A stretch of DNA of 64,000 nucleotides from an uncultured Acidobacteriota bacterium (GTDB lineage Bacteria > Acidobacteriota > Blastocatellia > RBC074), in the NCBI GenBank assembly GCA_963796275.1, contig CAWCKY010000006.1, forward strand, positions 480,001 through 544,000, written 5' to 3'. Below the pieces are notes generated by a model that was given only the letters and a program-made list of their open reading frames with translations, was not told where the DNA came from and searched no databases. Made by a program: the position numbers and the translations under genes. This document shows, one piece after another, positions 1 through 11,326 of the stretch (position 1 is its first letter; each line of letters begins with the position of its first letter).

Positions 1-1
1 G

Positions 2-277
2 GTATCGGTTTCGCTGCAGGATCAACCCCGGACCGGCAGCGAGTTGAATGTAATCGGCAAGACGGTTAACGAAGCCACCGATGCGGCGGACAAATTTCTC
101 GACGCCGCATATTTGGACAATTATGACCGCGTTCGCATCGTTCACGGTGTAGGGATGGGCGCATTAAAACGCGCTATTGCGGATTTGCTCTCCGGCCATC
201 CGCACGTCGCCAGCTATTATGGCGCCGCGCCGAATGAAGGAGGCAGCGGGGCGACAGTGGTGGAATTGAAGAAGTGA
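2..277 (+). CDS. mutS2: Smr domain, 3' end of probable endonuclease MutS2 (partial)
   Basis: Frame is open from the window edge; Smr motifs [17 protein letters not shown] and [13 protein letters not shown] stand-alone Smr protein cannot be excluded. Confidence 0.8.
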   Translation, partial: VSVSLQDQPRTGSELNVIGKTVNEATDAADKFLDAAYLDNYDRVRIVHGVGMGALKRAIADLLSGHPHVASYYGAAPNEGGSGATVVELKK

Positions 278-295
278 CGTTTCACAAAGACAGAG

Positions 296-430
296 CATTG
301 TTCATTTTAAATTTTAGATTTTAGATTTAGATTTAGATTTAGATTTAGATTTAGATTTTAGATTTTGTCATCGGATTCGCCGCGTTCCTTCAATGACAAA
401 TGTAAAATCTACAATGAACAATGAAAAATG
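296..430. repeat. Periodic inverted-repeat element with 8 TTT(T)AGA units in the left arm
   Basis: CATTGTTCATT (296-306) pairs with AATGAACAATG (413-423); the TTTTAGA/TTTAGA run ending in TTTTGTCAT mirrors ATGACAAATGTAAAATCTA. Confidence 0.85.
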
Positions 431-447
431 ACACGCTAGCTATAGAC

Positions 448-2286
448 ATGCGAATTCCCAGAGGTTTCAGTCAGGAGTTACGTAATCAAGCGGACATCCT
501 GCGCGTCATCGGCGATTACGTATCCCTGAAGAAAAAGGGGGCGAATTACTGGGCCTGTTGCCCCTTCCATCAAGAGAAGACCGCGAGCTTTAGCGTCAAC
601 CCGGCGAAACAATTCTACAAATGTTTTGGCTGCGGCAAGGCCGGCGACGTCATAAGCTTCGTAATGGAGATCGAAGGCTCCCCGTTCCCCGAGGCTGTCA
701 AGACAGTGGCCGATAAATGCGGCATATCGATTCCGCAGGTTTCGACAGGCGAAGATTCCCGCGAGTTTGAACAACTTGACCGCCAGCGCGCCGATCTGTT
801 GCAAATCAATCAACTGGCAACAGAGTTCTTTGAAAAGAACCTGATTGAAACTTCCGAAGGAAAACGTGCGTTGAATTACCTCGCCCAGCGAGGTATCGAC
901 GAGGAGACGAGAAAAGCGTTTCGGCTAGGCTATTCTCCAAATAGCTGGGATGCATTAAGCACTTTTTTACATACTTCAGGCGCAACTCGTACTCAAATCG
1001 AACGTAGCGGCTTAGTTAAGCTGAAGGATAATGGGTCGGGATATTATGATCGCTTTCGCAGCCGCTTAATATTTCCGATCAGCGACGCTCAGGGACGGAT
1101 AATCGCCTTTGGCGGCCGGATCATCGGTGAAGGTGAACCGAAGTATCTAAATTCGCCAGAAACGGTACTATACACGAAGGGAAAGCACCTATTCGGACTA
1201 TACCAGGCTAGGGAAGCCATCCGACGTAAAGGTTATGCTATATTGGTCGAGGGGTATTTAGATTTTCTAATTCCATTTCAATATGGGGTGAAAAACCTGG
1301 TTGCCAGTCTGGGGACGGCATTGACAGAAAACCAGGTGCGGCTACTGGGACGATACGGTCGGCAGATCATTGTCAACTTCGACCCGGATTCAGCTGGGGT
1401 TGCCGCGACTAAACGCAGTTTAGAGTTGCTTTTAGCAGAAGGATTCAAGGCAAATGTATTGACATTGCCGGACAACTTGGATCCGGATGAGTACATCAGA
1501 AGGAACGGCTCTAAAGGATATTTGAAATTACTGAAGGACTCGAAACCATTTTTGGAATATATAGTCGAGTCGGCGATCGGTTCGAATGATCAGACAAAAC
1601 CGAGCGGTAAAGTCGAAACGATTAACGCAATTCTTCCGTATTTGAAATTGGTTAAGGACCAAATAGGGCGAGCCGAGTATTTTGAACAGATCGCCGACCG
1701 GCTTAAGCTCGAAACCAAGCTGATCCGTGATGAGTTCAAAAAAGCCGCCGATACGCGAGCCTCAGCAATCAGCGAGCGTGCTCTCCAAGCAACTATTGCA
1801 GTAAAACCTGCGGAGCGAAAATTGCTTGAAATCATGCTCAGTTGTGATGAAGTTCGGCGGCAACTAATTAGTCGGATTAAAGAAGAAGATTATGAAGGGT
1901 TTAGGACTGCCCAACTATTCCGGCTGATTATTGAATTTGAGCGGGAGGGCAGGGAAGCGACCTATCCGGCTTTAATCGAAGCGATGGATGATGAGGAACT
2001 GGCTCGTGAGTTGCTTCCAAAATTTATGACCAGCGAATTCGGGAGCGAAACTTCCGAGAATGGTTGGTTGGAGAGAGCGGAGCGCGAAGCCGATGAGAGT
2101 CTTTACAGTTTGCGTTGCGCAAAGTTGGCTGAAAAGCAGGCGGCCCTGCAAACAGAGATAAATAATGCGCAGCGTACCAACGATCCCGGGCGGCTTGGCG
2201 AGTTGATGATGCTCAAATATGAATTGGCTAAGAAGGAGCGGGCAATGGCGCAAAGAAATGACCGGGTGAACGGAAATGCCGATTGA
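448..2286 (+). CDS. dnaG: DNA primase
   Basis: CHC2 zinc finger (CPFH...KCFGC), [33 protein letters not shown] and FDPDSAG. Start moved to ATG 448 because ATG 421 lies inside the repeat arm. Confidence 0.97.
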   Translation: MRIPRGFSQELRNQADILRVIGDYVSLKKKGANYWACCPFHQEKTASFSVNPAKQFYKCFGCGKAGDVISFVMEIEGSPFPEAVKTVADKCGISIPQVSTGEDSREFEQLDRQRADLLQINQLATEFFEKNLIETSEGKRALNYLAQRGIDEETRKAFRLGYSPNSWDALSTFLHTSGATRTQIERSGLVKLKDNGSGYYDRFRSRLIFPISDAQGRIIAFGGRIIGEGEPKYLNSPETVLYTKGKHLFGLYQAREAIRRKGYAILVEGYLDFLIPFQYGVKNLVASLGTALTENQVRLLGRYGRQIIVNFDPDSAGVAATKRSLELLLAEGFKANVLTLPDNLDPDEYIRRNGSKGYLKLLKDSKPFLEYIVESAIGSNDQTKPSGKVETINAILPYLKLVKDQIGRAEYFEQIADRLKLETKLIRDEFKKAADTRASAISERALQATIAVKPAERKLLEIMLSCDEVRRQLISRIKEEDYEGFRTAQLFRLIIEFEREGREATYPALIEAMDDEELARELLPKFMTSEFGSETSENGWLERAEREADESLYSLRCAKLAEKQAALQTEINNAQRTNDPGRLGELMMLKYELAKKERAMAQRNDRVNGNAD

Positions 2287-2393
2287 GAGAAAACTTTTAT
2301 CCGCTTACTCATCGTAAAAGTGAAGAGGAAGAGTGAAATTAGTTACGCCGTGACTGCTGCGGAAAGGACGGTCCGGTGAAGGGGGTGATTAAA

Positions 2394-4103
<1,710 letters not shown>

Positions 4104-4117
4104 TAGAAATTCTTCTG

Positions 4118-4200
4118 GGGAATAAAACAAGGAAAAATAGTAAAAAGGAGCAAAAAGGTTAATTTTTGCTCCTTTCGCTATTATGCCTATTTGTTTCCAT
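4118..4200. terminator. A-rich/T-rich 9-nt-period hairpin, probable bidirectional terminator
   Basis: Perfect 13-bp stem AAAGGAGCAAAAA (4144-4156) / TTTTTGCTCCTTT (4163-4175) with imperfect outer arms, between convergent genes. Confidence 0.7.
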
Positions 4201-4201
4201 T

Positions 4202-5269
4202 CTAGGGTTGTTGCCCGCGCGGTCGTGCGTAGTATCCCTCTTTGGTTTTAATTACCACCTCACCCAATCGCTTTCGAGTTTCGGGTATCAGGACAAGCCT
4301 GAGACGCCGATAGCCCGCTTCAAGCTGCTCGCGTTTCGAGCTGAACCCGAGACTGTAACGATTTCTCAGGCTATCGATGAGCTGCGCCAGGCGAACATTG
4401 ATCTCCAGGCTGGGAGATTGGATGATTTCACCACCCGTCTGATTGACAAATGGATCGATCGTCATTCGTCTGCGAAAGATGTCTTTGCCGTCGCCACCCC
4501 GCCGGAACATCTTTTCGGCTTTCGATAAAGAGCCCTCGACCACGAGTCCACACACCATACTGCCCGATTCAATCACCGGATCCGAAACATCTTTTTCTGA
4601 AAGGCCATAGCCGTAGTAGTCCCAGGAGACATTGTCGGTAATGACAATAACCACACGGCGGCTTATCGGATTGCTTGCCTTATTCATGTAAGATGCGGCA
4701 TCGCGCAATGCCGGATAGATCAGGGTTCCCTGACCGATCAAAGGCGTTTTCTCAATCTGGCCGATCCTGGTCAGGATTGCCCGCCTGTCGGTTGTAAAAT
4801 CCTGCACCACGTTTGTCGAAGTAGAGAATGCGATGACGGCGACCTCGTCCTTCTCTTTCAAACGGTTGAGCGCCACCAGAGCCCCATCGCGAATTTCCGT
4901 TAACACGGGGTTTACGCTCCCGCTCAGATCGATGAGCAGTATCACGGAGAGTGAGATCTGGTCGCGGCTGAAGTGAGTGATCTGCTGCCTGATACCGTCT
5001 TCGTAGAGCTCGAAATCTGCGGCGCTCAGCCCGTTTATGATCTCCCCGTTTTTGCGCTTCAACACCTGAGCGTCGATAACGACCAGATCGGTGTTGACCC
5101 TGATGATCTCCTGCTGATCTTTCCGAGAAGAATCGTTTTGCGCTGCGATCGTAATGGCCAGACAGACGAAAATGACGAAATTTAAACAACCAGAAAGATA
5201 AAAAGGGGCAATAAAAAATCCTCCCTTTTTATCTTTTTTTATCTTTTTTGCCCGTTCTATTTCCACCAC
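4202..5269 (-). CDS. Secreted VWA domain protein (acidobacterial VWFA-related family)
   Basis: [43 protein letters not shown] and LRNRYSLGF motifs. Confidence 0.88.
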   Translation of the reverse strand: MVEIERAKKIKKDKKGGFFIAPFYLSGCLNFVIFVCLAITIAAQNDSSRKDQQEIIRVNTDLVVIDAQVLKRKNGEIINGLSAADFELYEDGIRQQITHFSRDQISLSVILLIDLSGSVNPVLTEIRDGALVALNRLKEKDEVAVIAFSTSTNVVQDFTTDRRAILTRIGQIEKTPLIGQGTLIYPALRDAASYMNKASNPISRRVVIVITDNVSWDYYGYGLSEKDVSDPVIESGSMVCGLVVEGSLSKAEKMFRRGGDGKDIFRRRMTIDPFVNQTGGEIIQSPSLEINVRLAQLIDSLRNRYSLGFSSKREQLEAGYRRLRLVLIPETRKRLGEVVIKTKEGYYARPRGQQP

Positions 5270-5297
5270 GGATTTTATTTTGACACCCTGAGTATAA

Positions 5298-6869
5298 CTA
5301 TGACTTGGAATCGGCTCCGACTCTAATTTTAACTATAACCAGCGACAGAATCGAGAACAGTAACATGAGAACTTCGGAATCTCCGAAATTATAATTGGTA
5401 AGGGAGCTTACCGAGAAGCCGGTGAGGGCTCCGAGAGTTCCAAGCATCAGACTTTGGTTGAACTCATCTCCTATCTGATTCTTGTACCCGCGCCATACCA
5501 TCACCATTATAGCTGCCATCAGCCACATGTAGGAGGCCAGCGCGGGAAGGCCGCGGTCCATCGCGATCTGGATCGGAGTCGAGTGTGTATGCGTGATGTA
5601 TTCGCCGGGGAATCCCCATTCCTTCCAGTGAAGTTTAACGGAATCCATCCCGACTCCCGTCAGCGGGCGTTTGGGGATAACGCGCAGGCCTGCTTTCATA
5701 TAATTGATTCGTCTCGACGTGCTGTCGTCGTTAAAGCTGATGGCAGTTTGCTCGCGCGTCTTCGTGATGACGTAAAGCCCGAGGCCGCCCAGGAGTAACG
5801 CTATCAAAACAGCAACGATCGATGCGAGACGGCTCCCGCTGATCAGAGAAACGATAAGAACTGCGATTATGAAAGAAGCTATTACCGCTCGGGTGGCGGT
5901 CAAGATCAGTGCCGTCGTGAAGAGGAAGAAGAGCAGGCAGGAAATTTTGAGCCAGATCGTGGGACTGCGCCTACGCATCCACAACCTGAAAGAGGTGAGC
6001 AGTCCGCCGAATGTGAGAAGAGCGAGAACCTGCATCTGTTCGGCGTAGGTCTGGTATTGCCGCGTAAATCCCGATATTCGGAACTGGCGGCTGCGTCCCC
6101 CCGTCTTGATACCGAGCGGGTTGGCGCGGGCTTTCAGCTCATCGGTCACGGTCAAAGAGACAGGAATTGGGCCACCCTCATGAAGGGCTTGTACCTCAAC
6201 GATATCGCCCGCGCGATGCTGGCGAATCACGCGAGCAGCTTCGTCCGTCGAGGTGACCCGTTTTTTCCCTATCATCCAGATGACATCGCCCGGTATCAAA
6301 TTGGTCCCGGCTAGCGGGCTGCCGGTCTCAAATGCGGTGATAATCATCCCGCGTCCCCATACTTTTTCTATCAAACTGAAACCCGCTCCGACGGAGCTCG
6401 ATAGAAGCAGCAGGCCGAGCAGGAAATAGATTCCGCGCGGTCGTAGATTGGACGCGATTATGTAGATCACACCGAAGAGCAGCAGCGCCTTAAGCTTCGG
6501 CAGGCTGATGCCCGGTTCGACGGAGAAGAGGGAAGAGAGGGCAGTGAGGGATGCAAAACAGATCAGCGGCAAATCGATGGGCGTTCTGGTGAAGTTGAAC
6601 CGGCGCAGCGTGATATCGCGCGCGATCCACGCGACTAAAGAGAGATTCAAACTAATATGCGCCGCCGCGATCGAGTGGGGAACCGAGATTGAAAAGAGAA
6701 AGAGAAAGAAGATGAGCGCGCGACTGCACCAGCGCGCGAACGGTGTTGTAACATCGACTTGAACCAGCGCGTCATAATAACTGATCCAGTTCGAAGATTG
6801 CGATTGAGCCGATGCTTCATCGCCCTTCTTGATCTGCTCGCTTTGGCTGACTGCAGAGCGTGGAGTCAT
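5298..6869 (-). CDS. O-antigen ligase-like (Wzy_C) membrane protein with internal PDZ domain
   Basis: Multiple TM segments; LILTATRA, R...M..G......P..GVG and HTHS motifs; PDZ-like [23 protein letters not shown]. Confidence 0.8.
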   Translation of the reverse strand: MTPRSAVSQSEQIKKGDEASAQSQSSNWISYYDALVQVDVTTPFARWCSRALIFFLFLFSISVPHSIAAAHISLNLSLVAWIARDITLRRFNFTRTPIDLPLICFASLTALSSLFSVEPGISLPKLKALLLFGVIYIIASNLRPRGIYFLLGLLLLSSSVGAGFSLIEKVWGRGMIITAFETGSPLAGTNLIPGDVIWMIGKKRVTSTDEAARVIRQHRAGDIVEVQALHEGGPIPVSLTVTDELKARANPLGIKTGGRSRQFRISGFTRQYQTYAEQMQVLALLTFGGLLTSFRLWMRRRSPTIWLKISCLLFFLFTTALILTATRAVIASFIIAVLIVSLISGSRLASIVAVLIALLLGGLGLYVITKTREQTAISFNDDSTSRRINYMKAGLRVIPKRPLTGVGMDSVKLHWKEWGFPGEYITHTHSTPIQIAMDRGLPALASYMWLMAAIMVMVWRGYKNQIGDEFNQSLMLGTLGALTGFSVSSLTNYNFGDSEVLMLLFSILSLVIVKIRVGADSKS

Positions 6870-6897
6870 TGGTATTTTTCGGTTATTTCAAAAATAC

Positions 6898-7689
6898 TTA
6901 TTGCTTACGGCGTAGATAGATGCTTCCGTCCTGAGTCCATAAAAAGACTTTGGCAAGGCCCCTACCGCAGGCGGCTTCGACGAGTTGGTTCGTTTGCCTG
7001 TAGAACTTCATCGGAAATCCGCCCAGATCCATCACACCGCTGAACGACGAAGCCGATAATCTGAAATCGGCATTTGGGGGGAAATTAGCCTCGACGCGGC
7101 CGGAGAACGATTTAAGATTGTACTCGCCATCAGGCAATAAATCACCGTTGAAAATCACGTTTCCGCCCAGGCTGTGGGCTTCAACTTTGGGGCTGCGGAG
7201 CCCGGTCAATTGTATATTACCATCAGTCGTTATGCGAGCCAGGATGGGTCCACTCAGGTTGGCTACCGAGATAGCTCCCTTGTAAGTGAAGAGGTCGAGT
7301 TTGGTCGATGGAGGAACGGTGATATCGAAATCGACAGTACCGTGGCCTTTCACTTCCACCTTCACCTTACCTTCCTGATTTTGCGTCGCGGTGATATGCG
7401 ACTTATTATCGGCCTGCTTCGCGCTGATCGCAATTTTATTGCCGTCTGATGTCGAGACCTTGATTGAGCCGATCTGATTGATAACCTCCAGCTCGCTCGA
7501 TTCGGATGAGACAGTGAATGTTTTGCTGTAGGTTTGTGCCCCCGCCGAAACGTAGAGAAATCCGAGGATCAGCGTGACGACCGGTCCGTAAGTCAAAACC
7601 GCGAAGTGGCGAAGAAGACGAAGGTAGGAAAAAATATCCTCGTCCCTTGCGATTCTGCGCGGGTGAATTGCTTCGCTAATGAGCGTCAT
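6898..7689 (-). CDS. DUF4097-like beta-strand repeat (putative adhesin) protein
   Basis: Hydrophobic N-region, VDFDITVP, repeated T..G.I units. Confidence 0.75.
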   Translation of the reverse strand: MTLISEAIHPRRIARDEDIFSYLRLLRHFAVLTYGPVVTLILGFLYVSAGAQTYSKTFTVSSESSELEVINQIGSIKVSTSDGNKIAISAKQADNKSHITATQNQEGKVKVEVKGHGTVDFDITVPPSTKLDLFTYKGAISVANLSGPILARITTDGNIQLTGLRSPKVEAHSLGGNVIFNGDLLPDGEYNLKSFSGRVEANFPPNADFRLSASSFSGVMDLGGFPMKFYRQTNQLVEAACGRGLAKVFLWTQDGSIYLRRKQ

Positions 7690-7698
7690 CGTTTACCT

Positions 7699-8376
7699 TT
7701 ACCATTTCAGGCGTTCGACGTCTTCCAGAAGCTGGCGTTTCTCGTCATAGAGAGTGAGGACCATCTGTTGTTGAACTCTATCTCCGGGATTGATCAGTAG
7801 TATCTGCCTGCTGTTTCGCAATGAGTCATCGATCTTGTTCAGGTGTCTTTCGAACTCGACGCGAATTGTCGGGTCCCAATTGGCTTTTCGCAAATTGATG
7901 GCCGACAATTTTTGCTCCAGATCGGCCTTGATTCGGTCTTCATTGGGCAAAAGGGCCGTCTGTAGAGCTTGAGAATCGAAATTGCTCCGAGTTTGGGTGG
8001 GAGGCCCGACCATTAAGAAGCCAACCAGGGCTGCGATCAGAACACACGCGCCGGCCAACTGCGGCAACGTAAAAGTGAACCGGCGCGTTTTAAAATTCTC
8101 CCACCAATTCAGCTTCTCAGCCCGCTTAATCGGCACCTGATTTATCATCAAAGGTGGTTCGCGCTCTAGCTCTGCCGCAATCTGCGTCCACAAGCTACGC
8201 GACGGGTTATGGAGCGGTAATTCACGTGCGGCAGTTCTGATTTCATTCAGTTCAAATCTGACGCTCTGGCATTTATGGCAGGTCACCAGATGGGATTCTA
8301 ATTCGCGAACCTCGCTCTCCGACATCCACCTGTCTATATAGTCAGACAAGGAGGTCACAACGGCTCGGCATTCCAT
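7699..8376 (-). CDS. Zinc-finger (zf-HC2/ZAS) membrane anti-sigma factor
   Basis: C..LSDYID..HLVTCHKC motif, one TM helix, directly downstream of the ECF sigma gene. Confidence 0.88.
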   Translation of the reverse strand: MECRAVVTSLSDYIDRWMSESEVRELESHLVTCHKCQSVRFELNEIRTAARELPLHNPSRSLWTQIAAELEREPPLMINQVPIKRAEKLNWWENFKTRRFTFTLPQLAGACVLIAALVGFLMVGPPTQTRSNFDSQALQTALLPNEDRIKADLEQKLSAINLRKANWDPTIRVEFERHLNKIDDSLRNSRQILLINPGDRVQQQMVLTLYDEKRQLLEDVERLKW

Positions 8377-8477
8377 ACTGCTTTCCTCTCCAATTGTTCT
8401 TCACCTTGTGGTAACTGTCAGTTGCCAGGGGTCGTTTTGGTGAGGTTTAACAACTGAATGCTAACCAAATTAATTGT

Positions 8478-9044
8478 TCAAATTTTCTTGTTTAGCAACT
8501 CGCGCAATCGCATACGGGCTTTGTGCAATTGCGATTTCGATGTGCCGACGCTTACACCGAGCAGGTCGGCCACCTCTGTGTGTTCGAAGCCCTCGATATC
8601 GTGTAAGACAAATACCGTGCGATAACCGGGTGGTAATTGCGAAATGGCTTCGTCGAGTGCGATTCGGTCAACAAAATGGGGACGTTCGCTGGCCGATTGC
8701 AGGATATCTTGTATATCGCCGATTTCTCCTTCTTCGGTTGTCTTCTCGATTCGCACTCCGCGTTTGCGGAAGTGCATAAGCACATGATTGACCGTCAACC
8801 GATGCAACCAGGTAGTGAATGCGGATTCGCCACGAAAGCTCCCTATTTTTCGGAAGAGTTGAACAAATACCTCCTGGGTTAAATCCTCAGCTTCAGTGGG
8901 GTTTGCTACCATTCGCAAGCACAGACTGTAGACGCGCCGATGATGGCGCTCGTAAAGCGTCTCAAAGGCTTGTAAATCTCCGCGCGCTGACGCCTGCGCC
9001 AGATCGAAATCCGACGTGGCGGTGTTGGTCGCATTCGCCGTCAC
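8478..9044 (-). CDS. ECF RNA polymerase sigma factor
   Basis: [41 protein letters not shown]. Confidence 0.95.
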   Translation of the reverse strand: MTANATNTATSDFDLAQASARGDLQAFETLYERHHRRVYSLCLRMVANPTEAEDLTQEVFVQLFRKIGSFRGESAFTTWLHRLTVNHVLMHFRKRGVRIEKTTEEGEIGDIQDILQSASERPHFVDRIALDEAISQLPPGYRTVFVLHDIEGFEHTEVADLLGVSVGTSKSQLHKARMRLRELLNKKI

Positions 9045-9124
9045 TTAAGGTTGCTCGCTGTGATGCCTACCCACTTTTGGTAGGTTGCTCTCACCGAAGA
9101 AATTTAATTTTCAATAAAAACCCA

Positions 9125-10186
9125 TCATAGCTCATCTTCCGGAACCCCCGCAACAGGGCATAGATCACAGATCAACAGTTCGAGTTGCAATCGTGGGGTT
9201 GCCAACGAGGATTTGAGCGCGATATCGGTCCGGGCGATACGCTCGATGCCTGCGATGATGCGCCCGGTCTCTTTCTTCCGGACCCGTTCATTAAATCGGG
9301 TTACCGCATAGGGCGACATTCCGGCCGCTTTGGCGACTTCGGAGTTCGTCGCGTTCTGGCGCATCAATTCCTTCACCAGGAGCATTCTGCGAAAGTTGCT
9401 CGCAATTGCGCCCAGGATGAGGAGTGCGAGCGTCTGGGGGGGCTCAGCCGGATTTGCAAAAATATGATCTAGCAGCTTCAACGACCGTTTACGATCGCCA
9501 TCCATTACCGCGTCGCTCAATTCGAAGTTCGAGTGTTCCCGCGAATAGCGCACGAGGTCGTCGATTTCCGCCCTGGTGATCGCGCGGTCATCTCCGATAT
9601 AAGTTATCAACTTCTCAAGCTCATTAGAGAGCCGCATTAGATCGGCGCCGGCCATACCGACCAGATAGGCTGCAGCAGCAGGGGTGATGGAAGAGCCGGC
9701 TCGCCTGACATAGTCGCAGACCCAGTCCGGCGCCTCTTCGCCCAACGGTCCGAAGCCGACGACCTCGCAGCTCTTCCGCAGCAACGTGGAGATATTGCGG
9801 CGATTGTCGAGTCCGTCGCTGACAAATACAAGCGCCGTGGTTTCTGCCGGTGCGCGCAGATAATCTTTCAGAAGTTCGAGCTGTTTATCATCGCTGATCG
9901 CCTCGAATCCGGTGACGACAACTACTCGCCGCGGGGAGATCATCGGGAACTCCCTAGCCATCGCTAAAGCCCCATCCAGATTTCCCTGGGCGACCGTGAT
10001 GGATGCAAAATTGAAATCGCGCATTGCCGCGTCTACTGCAGACTCGATCAATTTCTTCAATGCTTGATCGCGCAGATAGACCTCAGTTCCCTCGAAAAGA
10101 TAGAGCGGTGAGACCTGATTTTGTTGAAGCCGGTGGGAGAAGTCGGTTTGGGATTTAAGAGAGCCTGCCGAGGCTGAACGTTTCAT
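9125..10186 (-). CDS. holA: DNA polymerase III delta subunit
   Basis: PLYLFEGTE, PMISPRRVVVV, NELEKL, DIALKS; leuS-lptE-holA synteny. ATG 10186 preferred because the GTG at 10213 lies in a REP. Confidence 0.92.
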   Translation of the reverse strand: MKRSASAGSLKSQTDFSHRLQQNQVSPLYLFEGTEVYLRDQALKKLIESAVDAAMRDFNFASITVAQGNLDGALAMAREFPMISPRRVVVVTGFEAISDDKQLELLKDYLRAPAETTALVFVSDGLDNRRNISTLLRKSCEVVGFGPLGEEAPDWVCDYVRRAGSSITPAAAAYLVGMAGADLMRLSNELEKLITYIGDDRAITRAEIDDLVRYSREHSNFELSDAVMDGDRKRSLKLLDHIFANPAEPPQTLALLILGAIASNFRRMLLVKELMRQNATNSEVAKAAGMSPYAVTRFNERVRKKETGRIIAGIERIARTDIALKSSLATPRLQLELLICDLCPVAGVPEDEL

Positions 10187-10199
10187 CGCGTAAATTGCC

Positions 10200-10283
10200 G
10201 GTACCGCTCGCACTAGCGAGCGGCATCAATTAATAGCCTAATAGCCAGATCGGCCAATGCTCACCCGCTATCGCTGGCGGTCC
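10200..10283. repeat. REP-like palindrome pair
   Basis: GGTACCGCTCGCACTAGCGAGCGG ... CCCGCTATCGCTGGCGGTCC; related to 56625-56705. Confidence 0.65.
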
Positions 10284-10288
10284 TTTTT

Positions 10289-10819
10289 TCAGAACCCTTC
10301 GACAATCGTCGTCATAACACTCTTAGCGAAATCTCTGGCCATGCGATCGACGGATGGGCCTTCTTCGTTAAAGTATGTCTGCGGATCGCCGGATATCTCA
10401 TATTCGTTGCGGAAAACGTAGTTATCGTTTTTGTAGATGACCTTATTCTTTGTCTGGTCGCGTACGGTTAATCCGATAACGATCGTGACATCGAACATTC
10501 TCGCCCGTCCTGTGTCGTTGATTAAAACGGGACGATAAAAGAAATTTTTAATAGTGCCTTCCATCACGGCATCCGCACCTTCGGTTGCCGAGACAATATT
10601 CAACGAGCGGGTACGGCGCAATACCTCATCTATCATCGCCTGTGTGAATCGCTGCTCAACCTTATAGCGAAGACTCGGGTTTTGGAACGCAGGTATGGCC
10701 AGCGTTTTGATGTGACTGGGCAGCGTACTCCCTTGTCCCGTACGTTTGTAACATTCGGTGAAGCTGCAAACGCTCAAAAGCATTGTGATCAGCAAAGTAG
10801 AATGGAAAATTTTTCTCAT
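10289..10819 (-). CDS. lptE: LPS assembly lipoprotein LptE family
   Basis: Signal peptide ending in Cys, LPSHIKTLAIPAFQN, ADAVMEGTI; located between leuS and holA. Confidence 0.85.
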   Translation of the reverse strand: MRKIFHSTLLITMLLSVCSFTECYKRTGQGSTLPSHIKTLAIPAFQNPSLRYKVEQRFTQAMIDEVLRRTRSLNIVSATEGADAVMEGTIKNFFYRPVLINDTGRARMFDVTIVIGLTVRDQTKNKVIYKNDNYVFRNEYEISGDPQTYFNEEGPSVDRMARDFAKSVMTTIVEGF

Positions 10820-10880
10820 CTAATATACTCCATTTATTCAGGCGAACCGATTGTAGAACAGCAGAGGTCAGGGGGAAAGA

Positions 10881-10951
10881 AGTTTTCAGTTTTCAGTTTT
10901 CAGTTTTCAGTTGCTGATCGAGACAGCTCAGCTAAAAACTAAAAATTGAAA
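10881..10951. repeat. (AGTTTTC)n...(AAAACT)n heptamer inverted-repeat element
   Basis: Four AGTTTTC units, a GATCGAGAC-containing core, then CTAAAAA-CTAAAAA-TTGAAA. Confidence 0.85.
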
Positions 10952-10957
10952 TTAACC

Positions 10958-11251
10958 GCTCAGCCTCTTCGCCGCGTTAGCGGCGGTTGATTGTAGCCGT
11001 GGGTTTTAACCCACGGTGGCGGCAGAGATTTTTTCACGTCGCGTCAGCGACGGTTGAATTCAGGCGTCGCTAACGCGACGCGGGAATATCCTTCAATCCT
11101 TCCGTGGGTTAAAACCCACGGCTACAACCGCCGCTCGCGGCGAAGAGGCCCGCCGCTAACGCGGCGAAGAGGCTGCCGCCGCTAAGCGGCGAGAGGTGGC
11201 CGCTAATGCGGCGAAGAGGCTGCCGCCGCTAACGCGGCGAAGAGGCTGAGC
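10958..11251. mobile_element. Nested palindromic REP/REPIN-like non-autonomous element
   Basis: 29-bp terminal IR (10958-10986 / 11223-11251), inner 26-bp IR GTAGCCGTGGGTTTTAACCCACGG (10991-11016 / 11102-11127), central CGTCGCG..AGCGACG pair; right-end unit of about 26 nt repeated 5 times. Confidence 0.75.
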
Positions 11252-11257
11252 AGTCAC

Positions 11258-11326
11258 TTTTAGGTTTCAGTTTTCAGGAATTAACTTTGATTTCCCAATT
11301 GAGAACTAAAAACTAAAAACTGAAAA
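11258..11326. repeat. Heptamer inverted-repeat element abutting the leuS stop
   Basis: TTTTAGG-TTTCAG-TTTTCAG ... CTAAAAA-CTAAAAA-CTGAAAA. Confidence 0.8.

Noticed and set aside
850-2000. AT-richer interior of dnaG as possible foreign DNA, intron or intein
   Set aside because: Protein is colinear with DnaG at normal length; weak codon bias is typical of low-expression primase genes.
9048-9090. GAGCAACCT direct repeat as an ECF autoregulatory promoter
   Set aside because: An AAC-like -35 is present but there is no convincing -10 at the expected spacing; cannot be supported without a group-specific consensus.
11128-11251. Five ~26-nt direct repeats as a possible CRISPR array
   Set aside because: Units are contiguous with no unique spacers, no cas genes are present, and the unit is the terminal IR of the adjacent palindromic element.
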